DNA of 64,000 nucleotides, from contig CAWAAX010000009.1 in the NCBI GenBank assembly GCA_963780225.1, forward strand, positions 64,001 through 128,000, given 5' to 3'. The notes below the pieces were generated by a model. It ran no database searches, was not told where the DNA came from, and saw only the letters and a list, made by a program, of their open reading frames with translations. Below are positions 1 through 8,361 of this stretch, piece after piece. Source of the stretch: an uncultured bacterium. Its GTDB lineage: Bacteria > Edwardsbacteria > AC1 > EtOH8. How positions within the stretch are numbered: position 1 is the first letter of the stretch; every line of letters begins with the position of its first letter. The position numbers and the translations under genes are program-made.

Positions 1-101
1 CGAAATCCTAAACAAATCCAAAATCCCAATTTCAGATCTTTAGCATTTGAGATTCGATATTCGGACATTGTTTAGAGTTTAGGGTTTAGAATTTAGAACT
101 T
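1..101. repeat. 7-bp-periodic imperfect palindromic intergenic element (left part cut by window edge)
   Basis: aaatcctaaacaa...ttgtttagagtttagggtttagaatttagaa; related copies at 50781-50905 and 54871-55008. Confidence 0.65.
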
Positions 102-113
102 AACGGAGGAAGT

Positions 114-1361
114 ATGGCCTACAGTTCCAAAGCCAGGGATTTCTATTCCGGAGAGCTCCAGGGAATGAAGGACAAGGGGATCTTCAAGGAAGAACGATAC
201 ATCCAGTCGCCCCAGGCCGCCAGCATCAAGGTGGAATACCCCAAGGGGGCCGAGCCCAAGCAGGTGCTGAACTTCTGCGCCAACAATTATCTGGGACTAT
301 CCAGCCACCCCGACGTGGTCAAGGCGGCCCACGAGGCCCTGGATTCGCGGGGCTACGGGCTGTCCTCGGTCCGCTTCATCTGCGGCACCCAGGACATCCA
401 CAACGAGCTGGAGATCAAGATGAGCGAGTTTCTGGGCATGGAGGGCACCTGCCTGTTCCCCTCCTGCATGGAAGCCAACGCCGGGCTGTTCGACGTGGTG
501 CTGACCCCGGAGGACGCCATGATCTCGGACCGGCTGGTCCACGCCTCCATCGTCGACGGCCTCAAGCTGTGCAAGGCCCAGATGTTCAACTACAAGCACA
601 ACAGCATGTCCCACCTGGAGGAGAAACTGCAGGAGGCCCAGAGCTGCCGCCTGCGGATGATCATCACCGACGGGGTGTTCTCCATGGACGGCGACATCGC
701 TCCGTTGGACAAGATCTGCGACCTGGCCGACAAGTATGACGCCATGGTGATGGTGGACGATTCCCACGCCACCGGGTTCATCGGCAAGACCGGCCGGGGC
801 ACCCACGAGTACCACAACGTGATGAAGCGGGTGGACATCATCACCACCACCTTCGGCAAGGGCCTGGGCGGCGCCACCGGCGGCTCGGTCTCCGGACCCA
901 AGGAGATCGCCGAGATGTGCCGGCAGAGGGCCCGTCCCTACCTGTTCTCCAACACCATGCCCCCGGCGGTGGTGGCCGGATCGCTAAAGGTGCTGGAGAT
1001 CCTCTCCAAATCCACCGACCGCAGGGACAAGCTGGAGAAGAACACCATCTACTGGAGGGCGGGCCTGACCAAGGCCGGGTTCGACCTGAAGCAGGGCGAC
1101 ACCCCCATCGTCCCGGTGATGCTGTACAACGCCAAGCTGGCCCAGGACATCGCCCGCGACCTGTACCACGAGGGGATCTACGTGACGGGCTTCTTCTTCC
1201 CGGTGGTGGCCCAGGGCCAGGCCCGGATAAGGACCCAGATCTCGGCTGGCCACGAGATGGAGCATCTGGACAAGGCCCTGGCGGCGTTTACCAAGATCGG
1301 CCAGAAGTACGGGATACTGGGGCTGAAGAAGGACGAGATCATAGCCAAGTACGGGCTGTAG
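114..1361 (+). CDS. kbl: Glycine C-acetyltransferase / alpha-oxoamine synthase family (PLP), paralogue 1
   Basis: NFCANNYLGL, SVRFICGTQ, TDGVFSMDG, DDSH, PLP-Lys in TFGKGLGG, RPYLFSN, ARIRTQ; GGAGGA RBS upstream. Confidence 0.88.
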   Translation: MAYSSKARDFYSGELQGMKDKGIFKEERYIQSPQAASIKVEYPKGAEPKQVLNFCANNYLGLSSHPDVVKAAHEALDSRGYGLSSVRFICGTQDIHNELEIKMSEFLGMEGTCLFPSCMEANAGLFDVVLTPEDAMISDRLVHASIVDGLKLCKAQMFNYKHNSMSHLEEKLQEAQSCRLRMIITDGVFSMDGDIAPLDKICDLADKYDAMVMVDDSHATGFIGKTGRGTHEYHNVMKRVDIITTTFGKGLGGATGGSVSGPKEIAEMCRQRARPYLFSNTMPPAVVAGSLKVLEILSKSTDRRDKLEKNTIYWRAGLTKAGFDLKQGDTPIVPVMLYNAKLAQDIARDLYHEGIYVTGFFFPVVAQGQARIRTQISAGHEMEHLDKALAAFTKIGQKYGILGLKKDEIIAKYGL

Positions 1362-1368
1362 GGGCACG

Positions 1369-1402
1369 CTATCCGCAGATTGCGCAGATTTACGCAGATT
1401 AA
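1369..1402. repeat. 9-bp-periodic CAGAT repeat half-element
   Basis: ctatccgcagattgcgcagatttacgcagattaa; reverse complement with 2 mismatches at 45859-45892. Confidence 0.7.
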
Positions 1403-1554
1403 GTGTCATAATATCTAAGGGTACCAAGGTGCTTTCTTTTACATCTACCTGCGGTGGCCCGAGTCTCCCCTAAAAAGGGGAGAGCGAGAGGGGTGTCTTG
1501 CCCCTAATAAGGGGTGAGACAGAACCAACCATGAGGTAGGCCGACCCAAGCTGG

Positions 1555-1675
1555 CCTTGATGAATACCAGCGATAGCCTTCAGGCTATCGCAAATAAAAA
1601 AGGTTTTTAATCCGCATTATTTTGCGATACCATAAATGATATCGCTGGAAAACATCAAGGGTCATAAATGACCCT
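1555..1675. repeat. REP-like inverted pair (CCTTCAGG / ATAAAT-loop hairpins)
   Basis: ccttgatg..ccagcgatagccttcaggctatcgcaaataa is inverted against ttattttgcgatac..atcgctgg..catcaagg, followed by hairpin agggtcataaatgaccct. Confidence 0.6.
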
Positions 1676-1682
1676 CCATTGG

Positions 1683-1709
1683 GTCATTCCTGCGAAGGCA
1701 GGAATCCAG
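1683..1709. repeat. REP-like palindrome GTCATTCCTGCGAAGGCAGGAATCCAG
   Basis: ATTCCTGC-GAAG-GCAGGAAT hairpin, matching a widespread GTCATTCCCGCG..GGGAATCC extragenic palindrome pattern. Confidence 0.6.
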
Positions 1710-1795
1710 AAAGCCGTAATTTAGAGAGTTAATCCGCCGAAGCTGCCTAGGCCTATGCGTAGGAGGACTTGTCCGTCGTAGCTTAATGCGTAGGC

Positions 1796-1847
1796 GGATA
1801 ACTATGCGGCGGGAAGGGATTTAACTCCCGTCCCGCCGTTTGTGCTT
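1796..1847 (+). repeat. 52-bp direct repeat, copy 1 (hairpin-forming)
   Basis: ggataactatgcggcgggaagggatttaactcccgtcccgccgtttgtgctt; matches 3212-3263 with 3 mismatches. Confidence 0.92.
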
Positions 1848-1883
1848 ATTGTTTGTGTGGTCATCTAAAATATCAAACTATAC

Positions 1884-1912
1884 TTGACAATTATTTATAA
1901 TAATGTTAGAAT
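1884..1912 (+). promoter_or_regulatory. sigma70-type promoter for the ATPase gene
   Basis: TTGACA-17bp-TAGAAT with extended TG; ATG 12 nt after the -10 box, no SD. Confidence 0.65.
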
Positions 1913-1924
1913 ATACCTTACAAT

Positions 1925-3217
1925 ATGGATAAGAACCGCTGCATAAAAACCATTGATTTCTGGCTGAAAACCGCCTCGGCCGGCCGGCTGCATCCCCGGG
2001 ACCTGGCCCCGGAGGTTGATCTGAAAAGCAAGGAAATCGTGGACATTGTGGGACCGCGCCGCTGCGGGAAGTCGGCCCTGCTGCGGCTGCTGGTGCAGCG
2101 GCTGGGGCTGAAGGAAAATTATTTATTCGTCAATTTCGAGGACCCTTTTTTCATAGAGCATAACAGCGCTCAGGCCATAGAGAATTTAATCGAGGTTTAC
2201 CTGGAGCATTTCAGCCCCCGGCTTAAGTATTTGTTTTTTGACGAAATCCAAAACATCCAAAACTGGGAAAAGGCGGTCCGCAAGCTCAGGGACGGGGGCA
2301 AATACAAGATCTTTGTCACCGGGTCGTCGTCTTCGCTGCTCAGCCGCGAACTGTCGTCCCTTTTGACCGGACGGCATATCAGCTACCGGCTGCTGCCCCT
2401 TTCCTTTCCCGAGTTTTTGGCCTTCAAGGGCCGGGCGATTCTTAATGCCAGGGATTTTGCAGTGGGCCAGGCCGCCATATCACGGCTTTTGGGGGAATAC
2501 CTTAAGCTGGGCGGGTTTCCCGAGGCGGTCCTGACAGGCAACGTCGCCCTGTTAAAGCAGTATTTTTATGATATGATCAACCGCGACATCATAGGCCAGC
2601 ACGACATCCGCCACCGGGCGGCCATAGAGCGGATGGGGGTCTATCTGCTCAGCAATTCAGGCAGCCTGCTTTCGCTTTCTTCCCTCAAGCAGGTGCTGGG
2701 CCTCTCTTACGAAGTGACCTCGGCCTATCTGGATTATTTTATGGACGCTTTTCTGGTCTTTGAACTGCCGCAATTTTCCTATTCCCTGAAGACCCAATCC
2801 AAGGCCCTTAAGAAAATATACTCCGCGGATCCCGGACTGGCCGGAGCGGTCTCATTTAAATTCTCCGAAAACCGGGGCCGGGCGCTGGAGAACGCCGTAT
2901 ATCTGGACCTGATCCGCCACGGCGATCAGGCGTATTATTACAAGACTAAAAACAATCACGAGGTGGATTTTTACCTTAAGCCCGTCCAAAAAAGCCAGGC
3001 CCGGCTGATACAGGTCCGCGAAACATTGGAAGATCCCAAGACCAAAAACCGGGAACTGAGGGCTTTGGAGGAGGCCATGCGCGAGACAGGTCTGCGGCGC
3101 GGCCTGGTGCTGACCGGGGATGAAACCGGAACGCACAAAACCAAGGACGGGGTAATAAAAATAATGCCGGTTTACCGGTGGTTATTAAGGGGTGTCGTGC
3201 CCGACTACGAAGGATAA
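1925..3217 (+). CDS. AAA+ ATPase (AAA_14) with C-terminal DUF4143 / PD-(D/E)xK-like domain
   Basis: Walker A GPRRCGKS, Walker B FFDEIQ, TGSSS, GGFPE, KKIY..DPGL, LENAV, EVDF..IQV. Confidence 0.88.
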   Translation: MDKNRCIKTIDFWLKTASAGRLHPRDLAPEVDLKSKEIVDIVGPRRCGKSALLRLLVQRLGLKENYLFVNFEDPFFIEHNSAQAIENLIEVYLEHFSPRLKYLFFDEIQNIQNWEKAVRKLRDGGKYKIFVTGSSSSLLSRELSSLLTGRHISYRLLPLSFPEFLAFKGRAILNARDFAVGQAAISRLLGEYLKLGGFPEAVLTGNVALLKQYFYDMINRDIIGQHDIRHRAAIERMGVYLLSNSGSLLSLSSLKQVLGLSYEVTSAYLDYFMDAFLVFELPQFSYSLKTQSKALKKIYSADPGLAGAVSFKFSENRGRALENAVYLDLIRHGDQAYYYKTKNNHEVDFYLKPVQKSQARLIQVRETLEDPKTKNRELRALEEAMRETGLRRGLVLTGDETGTHKTKDGVIKIMPVYRWLLRGVVPDYEG

Positions 3218-3263
3218 CTATGCGGCGGGAAGGGATTCAACTCCCGTCCCGTCGCTTGTGCTT
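3212..3263 (+). repeat. 52-bp direct repeat, copy 2 (contains the ATPase stop codon)
   Basis: ggataactatgcggcgggaagggattcaactcccgtcccgtcgcttgtgctt. Confidence 0.92.
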
Positions 3264-3295
3264 GTAAACTATAATCTGGCTTTTTAAGGATAAAT

Positions 3296-4087
3296 ATGGA
3301 ATCATTGAGTTTTGATAATTTAACAGAATATTATGACAAAACCCGAGATTATGACATTGCATCTTTTAATGAAGCAATAAATTATATTGCCAACAGATAT
3401 CCAAGTTCTAAATATCCTTCATTATTTGAACCGGGCATTGGATCCGGAAGAATTGCCATTCCTTTAGCTGAAAAAGGCTATAAGATCACTGGGATAGACA
3501 TATCAAATAAAATGATCGAAATTCTAAAGAAAAAAATATCAAAACAAAATAGTTTAGACATAAAATATCAGGTAGCCGATACCACGGACATACCCTTTCC
3601 GTCTAATTCTTTTAATATATCAGTAATAGTCCATTTGTTCTATTTTATAAAACATTGGGAAAAAGCAGTGGATGAGATCGTCCGGGTTGTAAAGGGCCCA
3701 ATTATTATTTTACATACCGGCATGGGACAGGAAATACCTTTCTTAAACCAGAAGTACAAGGATATTTGCAGGGATCTGAACAGTCCCATTATTAACTTGG
3801 GCGTTAACAGTACAAATGAAGTACTTGATTATCTTAAACGCTCAAATTGTGATATTGAGACTGTCGAGAATGATTGGAAGTGGACAAGTAAAGTAAATTT
3901 ATTTAAAGCTTATGAATATATCAAGAACAGGGCATATTCTTTTACTCACTTAGTTCCTGAAGGAACACATAATAAGGCAGTAAATATTTTACTGGAGTAT
4001 CTTGAAAGTAGTTATGCTGAAATAAATAACGACGAGATTGAAGTCGATAATTGCATAAACCTAACCGTTGTAACAAAAAGCAAGTAG
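3296..4087 (+). CDS. Class I SAM-dependent methyltransferase
   Basis: Motif I EPGIGSGR, GIDIS, ADTTDIPFPSNSF; AT-rich; AAGGA RBS. Confidence 0.88.
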   Translation: MESLSFDNLTEYYDKTRDYDIASFNEAINYIANRYPSSKYPSLFEPGIGSGRIAIPLAEKGYKITGIDISNKMIEILKKKISKQNSLDIKYQVADTTDIPFPSNSFNISVIVHLFYFIKHWEKAVDEIVRVVKGPIIILHTGMGQEIPFLNQKYKDICRDLNSPIINLGVNSTNEVLDYLKRSNCDIETVENDWKWTSKVNLFKAYEYIKNRAYSFTHLVPEGTHNKAVNILLEYLESSYAEINNDEIEVDNCINLTVVTKSK

Positions 4088-4120
4088 TGTAGGCTGTTGC
4101 TCAAAGGATTGTACTGAAAG

Positions 4121-4639
4121 ATGATCAGTGAAAGAATCAAGTTATTGCCTTTATCAGAGCAGGATCTAGAGGCTCTCTTAAAAGGCAATAACAACGTCTG
4201 TGACTATAAGACAGCTGCTCTTGCTATTTCCGAGCCGTTAAGAAAAGCAATTAATATAAAGCTTGGAATGATGAAAAGTGCTGCTGATGAAGATAAACTA
4301 TGGCTTACTTACTGGCTAATAATAAAGAATGATAATTCGGAAGCGATCGGGACGATCGGGTTTAAGGGGATAGATAAAAAAGAAAAATCAGCTGAGATAG
4401 GTTATGGAATATCGGGAGAATTCGAGGGAAAGGGGTACGCCACTGAAGCGCTAAGCTTGATGGTTGCCTGGGCTGGGAATACAAAGAAAATAGAAAAGAT
4501 CACAGCAATTGATGTATTGGCTAGCAATATTGGATCGCAAAAAGTATTGGAGAAAAACGGTTTTTATAGGACCAAAGTCAATGTCGACACAATTGATTAT
4601 GAAATCAACTTAAAAAATCTAGATAGTCTCAATAGGTGA
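4121..4639 (+). CDS. GNAT (RimJ/RimL-type) N-acetyltransferase
   Basis: AEIGYGI, GKGYATEA, N.GSQKVLEKNGF. Confidence 0.88.
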   Translation: MISERIKLLPLSEQDLEALLKGNNNVCDYKTAALAISEPLRKAINIKLGMMKSAADEDKLWLTYWLIIKNDNSEAIGTIGFKGIDKKEKSAEIGYGISGEFEGKGYATEALSLMVAWAGNTKKIEKITAIDVLASNIGSQKVLEKNGFYRTKVNVDTIDYEINLKNLDSLNR

Positions 4640-4667
4640 ATGTTTGAAGTCCTGAGATTTAAACTTT

Positions 4668-4802
4668 GTTAACTTTTATCTTTCACATATAACACAAGGG
4701 GTAATCACCAACTCATCATGGCACTGCACATCAAGGTAAAGGAATTTTACCGCAACGAACTGGTGGAACTGAAGAACGCCGATCTTTTCAAGGAGGAGCG
4801 CT
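4668..4802 (+). repeat. 135-bp direct repeat, copy 1 (upstream region plus first 28 codons of kbl paralogue 2)
   Basis: Matches 5866-6000 with 3 mismatches, all in the non-coding part. Confidence 0.95.
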
Positions 4803-4855
4803 TTTCTTTTCTGGATACTCGTTGTATGCTAAAATATAGACTTTATTTTGCTTGA
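4718..4855 (+). pseudogene. Truncated 5' duplicate of kbl paralogue 2
   Basis: MALHIKVKEFYRNELVELKNADLFKEER identical to the 5916 ORF, then 17 unrelated codons and TGA. Confidence 0.8.
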
Positions 4856-4880
4856 CTATCAACTCTTATTTTATTATGAT
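4852..4880 (+). promoter_or_regulatory. sigma70-type promoter of the MNT-HEPN operon
   Basis: TTGACT-17bp-TATGAT; AAGGTG RBS before ATG 4913. Confidence 0.6.
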
Positions 4881-4912
4881 TACAGGAAGAGCATTAATAA
4901 AAAGGTGCGAAA

Positions 4913-5203
4913 ATGAATAAGAACCAAACATTGAATTTACTTAAAGGACATTTACCCGAACTTAAAGAATATGGCGTTTCGGCCATAGCCGTCTTTGGTT
5001 CCGTTGCCAGGGGCGAATCCAAGCCGGACAGCGATATTGATATTCTGGTTGATTTTAACCGGCCGGTGGGTTTGTTCCAATTTGCCCGGCTTAAGATGCA
5101 TCTGGAGTCATTATTGGGCAAACCGGTGGACTTGGTAACCACAACGGCGTTAAAGGAACAGCTGAAACCATCCATTTTGAAGGAAGCCGTTTATGCCTGG
5201 TAG
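4913..5203 (+). CDS. Minimal nucleotidyltransferase (MNT) antitoxin, MntA-like
   Basis: FGSVARGE..PDSDIDILV (GSx10DxD), VDLVT; overlaps the HEPN gene. Confidence 0.9.
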   Translation: MNKNQTLNLLKGHLPELKEYGVSAIAVFGSVARGESKPDSDIDILVDFNRPVGLFQFARLKMHLESLLGKPVDLVTTTALKEQLKPSILKEAVYAW

Positions 5204-5540
5204 AGACTGGCGTTTTCGGGTGGAAGATATTATCTCGGCCATCGAGAAAATCTGCGCATTTACTAAGGATGCTGATTTTGATGCCTTTGTTGCCAATCAG
5301 ATGGCAGTTGATGCGGTTATCCGTAACCTTGAAATCATAGGAGAAGCCGCCCGCCATATTCCGGCGGAAATTGAAGCAAAGCATCCGGAGATAGGCTGGC
5401 CGGAAATGCGGGCTATCCGTAATATACTCATCCATGAATATTTCGGTGTTGATGTGGCCATCATCTGGCACACCGTTCAAACTGACCTTCCGCCGCTGTT
5501 GCCTAAACTGCGTAATATTTTAGGAAACGAAAGTAAATAA
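5193..5540 (+). CDS. HEPN / DUF86 ribonuclease toxin, HepT-like
   Basis: DAVIRNLEIIGEA, RNILIHEY (Rx4HxY). Confidence 0.9.
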   Translation: MPGRDWRFRVEDIISAIEKICAFTKDADFDAFVANQMAVDAVIRNLEIIGEAARHIPAEIEAKHPEIGWPEMRAIRNILIHEYFGVDVAIIWHTVQTDLPPLLPKLRNILGNESK

Positions 5541-5541
5541 A

Positions 5542-5712
5542 ATGAAGCAGGCAAGAAAAGCAAGTTTATTTGAAAGAATTGACCTCGGCATCCGCCGGGG
5601 GGTGGCCACGGCCCTGGCCGAACATAAAAAAGCCGGAAGGTCGATAGCCATATGCAAAAACGGAAAAATTATTGAGGTTGCTGCCAGGAATATAAGGGTA
5701 CCAAAGGTTTGA
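5542..5712 (+). CDS. Small basic hypothetical protein (56 aa)
   Basis: MKQARKASLFERIDLGIRRGVATALAEHKKAGRSIAICKNGKIIEVAARNIRVPKV; starts 1 nt after the HEPN stop and is followed by a terminator; below the ORF-track cutoff. Confidence 0.6.
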   Translation: MKQARKASLFERIDLGIRRGVATALAEHKKAGRSIAICKNGKIIEVAARNIRVPKV

Positions 5713-5720
5713 AACGTTAA

Positions 5721-5753
5721 AAAAAGCCGCCTTGTAGTCCAAGGCGGCTTTTC
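5721..5753 (+). terminator. Intrinsic terminator
   Basis: aaaagccgccttg-tagtc-caaggcggctttt. Confidence 0.75.
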
Positions 5754-5865
5754 TGTAACAACGCCTTTGGTATTGCCAAAAGCTTGCAATGGGCGTATAA
5801 TAAATGCCATCTCAAAATCATGCGAGCCATGCAAATATTACCAAACTAAGCCAGGTCTTAACGCA

Positions 5866-6000
5866 GTTAACTTTTATCTTTCTAATATAACACAAGGGGT
5901 AATCACCAACACATCATGGCACTGCACATCAAGGTAAAGGAATTTTACCGCAACGAACTGGTGGAACTGAAGAACGCCGATCTTTTCAAGGAGGAGCGCT
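5866..6000 (+). repeat. 135-bp direct repeat, copy 2
   Basis: Matches 4668-4802. Confidence 0.95.
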
Positions 6001-7133
6001 ACATCCACACGCCCCAGGCGGCCAGCATCAAGGTGGAGTACCCGCCCAACTCGCCCCAGAAGGAGGTCATCAACTTCTGCGCCAACAACTACCTGGGGCT
6101 CTCCAGCCACCCGGCCATAGTGGCCGCGGCCCAGAAGGGCCTGGAGGAGCGGGGCTTTGGGCTGTCGTCGGTCCGGTTCATCTGCGGCACCCAGGACAAG
6201 CACAAGGAGCTGGAGCAGAAGATCTCCAAATTCTTGGGCATGGAGGACGCCATCCTGTACTCCTCCTGCTTCGACGCCAATCTGGGCGTGTTCGAGGCTC
6301 TTTTAGGCGAGGAGGACGCCCTGATCTCGGACGAGCTGAACCACGCCTCAATCATCGACGGCATCAGGCTTTGCAAGGCCGAGCGGCGCCGCTTTAAGCA
6401 CATGGACATGCACGACCTGGAAAACCATCTTAAGCAGACCATGAACAAGCGCTTCCGGATGATCGTCACCGACGGGGTCTTTTCCATGGACGGCGACCTG
6501 GCCCCGCTGGAGCAGATCTGCAACCTGGCCGAAGAGTACGAGGCCATGGTGCTGGTGGACGAGAGCCATGCCAGCGGGTTCGTGGGTCCCACCGGCCGCG
6601 GCACCCACCAGCATTTCGACGTGATGGGACGGGTGGACATCATCACCACCACCTTTGGCAAGGCGCTGGGCGGGGCCTCGGGTGGCTGCATCGCATCCAG
6701 CCAGGAGATCATCAATATCCTGCGCCAGCGCTCCCGGCCCTACCTGTTCTCCAACACCATCAGCCCGTCAGTAGTAGCCGCCACCATCAAGGCGATTGAA
6801 ATGATGCAGGGCTCCACCGCCCTCCGGGACAAGGTGATGAGCAATGCCCTGTACTTCAGACAGAATATGAAGGAGGCCGGGTTTGACATCCGGGTGGGGA
6901 TACACCCCATAGTGCCCATCATCCTGCACGAGGCCGAGATCGTCCAGCAGATGTCCCGGATGCTTTACGACGAGGGCATCTACGTGGTAGGATTCTTCTA
7001 CCCTGTGGTGCCGCGGGGCCGGGCCCGTATTCGGGTCCAGATATCAGCCGCCCACGAGCGGGAGCATCTGGACAAGGCCATTGCAGCATTTACAAAGGTC
7101 GGTAAACAACTGGGGGTACTGAAACCTAATTAA
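5916..7133 (+). CDS. kbl: Glycine C-acetyltransferase (2-amino-3-ketobutyrate CoA ligase), paralogue 2
   Basis: FCANNYLGL, YSSCFDAN, SDELNHASIIDG, TFGKALGGASGG, RQRSRPYLFSN. Confidence 0.92.
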   Translation: MALHIKVKEFYRNELVELKNADLFKEERYIHTPQAASIKVEYPPNSPQKEVINFCANNYLGLSSHPAIVAAAQKGLEERGFGLSSVRFICGTQDKHKELEQKISKFLGMEDAILYSSCFDANLGVFEALLGEEDALISDELNHASIIDGIRLCKAERRRFKHMDMHDLENHLKQTMNKRFRMIVTDGVFSMDGDLAPLEQICNLAEEYEAMVLVDESHASGFVGPTGRGTHQHFDVMGRVDIITTTFGKALGGASGGCIASSQEIINILRQRSRPYLFSNTISPSVVAATIKAIEMMQGSTALRDKVMSNALYFRQNMKEAGFDIRVGIHPIVPIILHEAEIVQQMSRMLYDEGIYVVGFFYPVVPRGRARIRVQISAAHEREHLDKAIAAFTKVGKQLGVLKPN

Positions 7134-7312
7134 CCACAAAAGGCACAAAGGACACAAATATCACTATTCACAATTTACGATTCACGATTTGGTGTGGTGT
7201 CTCTGTGTTTCTATGGCGTTATAAGGCAACAAAATATTATAAATCTCTGTGCCTCTGTGTCTCTGTGGCTATATTCGGTTGCCATAATAGTAAACCTCTG
7301 ATCCTCTGTGGC
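7134..7312. repeat. 9-bp-periodic CAC/GTG palindromic element(s)
   Basis: ccacaaaaggcacaaaggacacaaa ... ctctgtgcctctgtgtctctgtggc. Confidence 0.65.
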
Positions 7313-7324
7313 GAAAGGTAAACT

Positions 7325-8320
7325 ATGATCTTCAAGAAATCTTATTCCTTCATAATCCTGCCGCATCACGGGGAGCAGGGAAAATCCGTGTTCTTCCACT
7401 CGCAGTGGCTGAACGCCCTTTTGCTCATCACCGTGGCGGGGCTGGGAGTATCCGGCTTTTTCATCGCCCGGCATTTGCTTTATCACCACAAGCTCAAGAC
7501 AGCCTTCGAGCCCACCTTCAAGGAGAACGAGGTCCTGCGGGAGGAGCGCAAGGGGTACGGCCAGGTCAAGGATTCCCTGTCCCAGGACATAACCTCGCTG
7601 CAGGCCCAGCTTAAAAAGGAGCGCTCGGTCTACCTGTCCTCGGTCAACGGCCTGGCCCGGGAGCTGGACAACCTCAAGAAACTGGCCATCAAGGTCAAGA
7701 TCCAATCCGGTTTCAAGTCATCCAACATTGTGGACGAGAACGAGGCGGCTGGTGGTCCGGTTGACGACCGGATCTACATAGGCTGGCAGGATGTTAACAA
7801 ACCCATAGATCCCGGTCCCTTGGAACAAAAGGTCCGTCCTGAGATAGGAGAACAAAATGTCGAACTCAAGGAGATCGACGCCTACCTTTCCACCAAGCAA
7901 TCCCTGGTCTCGGACACTCCGGAGCTGGCTCCGCTGTTCGGCCGGATGACCTCGGGCTTCGGGGTGCGGCGCTGGCGGCGTAGCGGGCATTCCGAGAACC
8001 ACGCCGGGCTGGACATAGCCGTGCCCAAGGGAACACCGGTCTATTCCCCGGCCGAGGCAGTGGTCATTTTTGCCGGGCGCAAGGGTGATTACGGCAAGAT
8101 GATAGAACTGGACCATGGAAATGGGTACACCACCAGGTTCGGGCACCTTTCGCTGATAGAAGTGGAGATCGGAGACAGGGTGATGAAGGGGCAGATCATA
8201 GGAGCAGTTGGTTCCACCGGCCGTTCGACTGGTCCACACCTGCATTACGAAGTGCGTTTTCAGGGCAAAGCCATTGATCCCATAGATTATTTAGGGTCTA
8301 TGGAACAAAAACAAAAATAG
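7325..8320 (+). CDS. M23 family metallopeptidase with N-terminal TM segment and coiled coil
   Basis: HAGLDIA (HxxxD), GSTGRSTGPHLHYEV. Confidence 0.92.
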   Translation: MIFKKSYSFIILPHHGEQGKSVFFHSQWLNALLLITVAGLGVSGFFIARHLLYHHKLKTAFEPTFKENEVLREERKGYGQVKDSLSQDITSLQAQLKKERSVYLSSVNGLARELDNLKKLAIKVKIQSGFKSSNIVDENEAAGGPVDDRIYIGWQDVNKPIDPGPLEQKVRPEIGEQNVELKEIDAYLSTKQSLVSDTPELAPLFGRMTSGFGVRRWRRSGHSENHAGLDIAVPKGTPVYSPAEAVVIFAGRKGDYGKMIELDHGNGYTTRFGHLSLIEVEIGDRVMKGQIIGAVGSTGRSTGPHLHYEVRFQGKAIDPIDYLGSMEQKQK

Positions 8321-8332
8321 TTAACATTTCAC

Positions 8333-8361
8333 TTGACATTAATCGTGTAATTTGTTATAGT
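8333..8361 (+). promoter_or_regulatory. sigma70-type promoter upstream of tRNA-Val
   Basis: TTGACA-17bp-TATAGT with extended TG. Confidence 0.65.

Noticed and set aside
1796..1847. 52-bp repeat as an integron attC site
   Set aside because: It starts with TAAC at a stop codon, but no GTTRRRY box lies at the required distance and no integron integrase is in the window
7134..7312. Periodic repeats as a CRISPR array
   Set aside because: No identical repeats separated by unique constant-length spacers, and no cas genes
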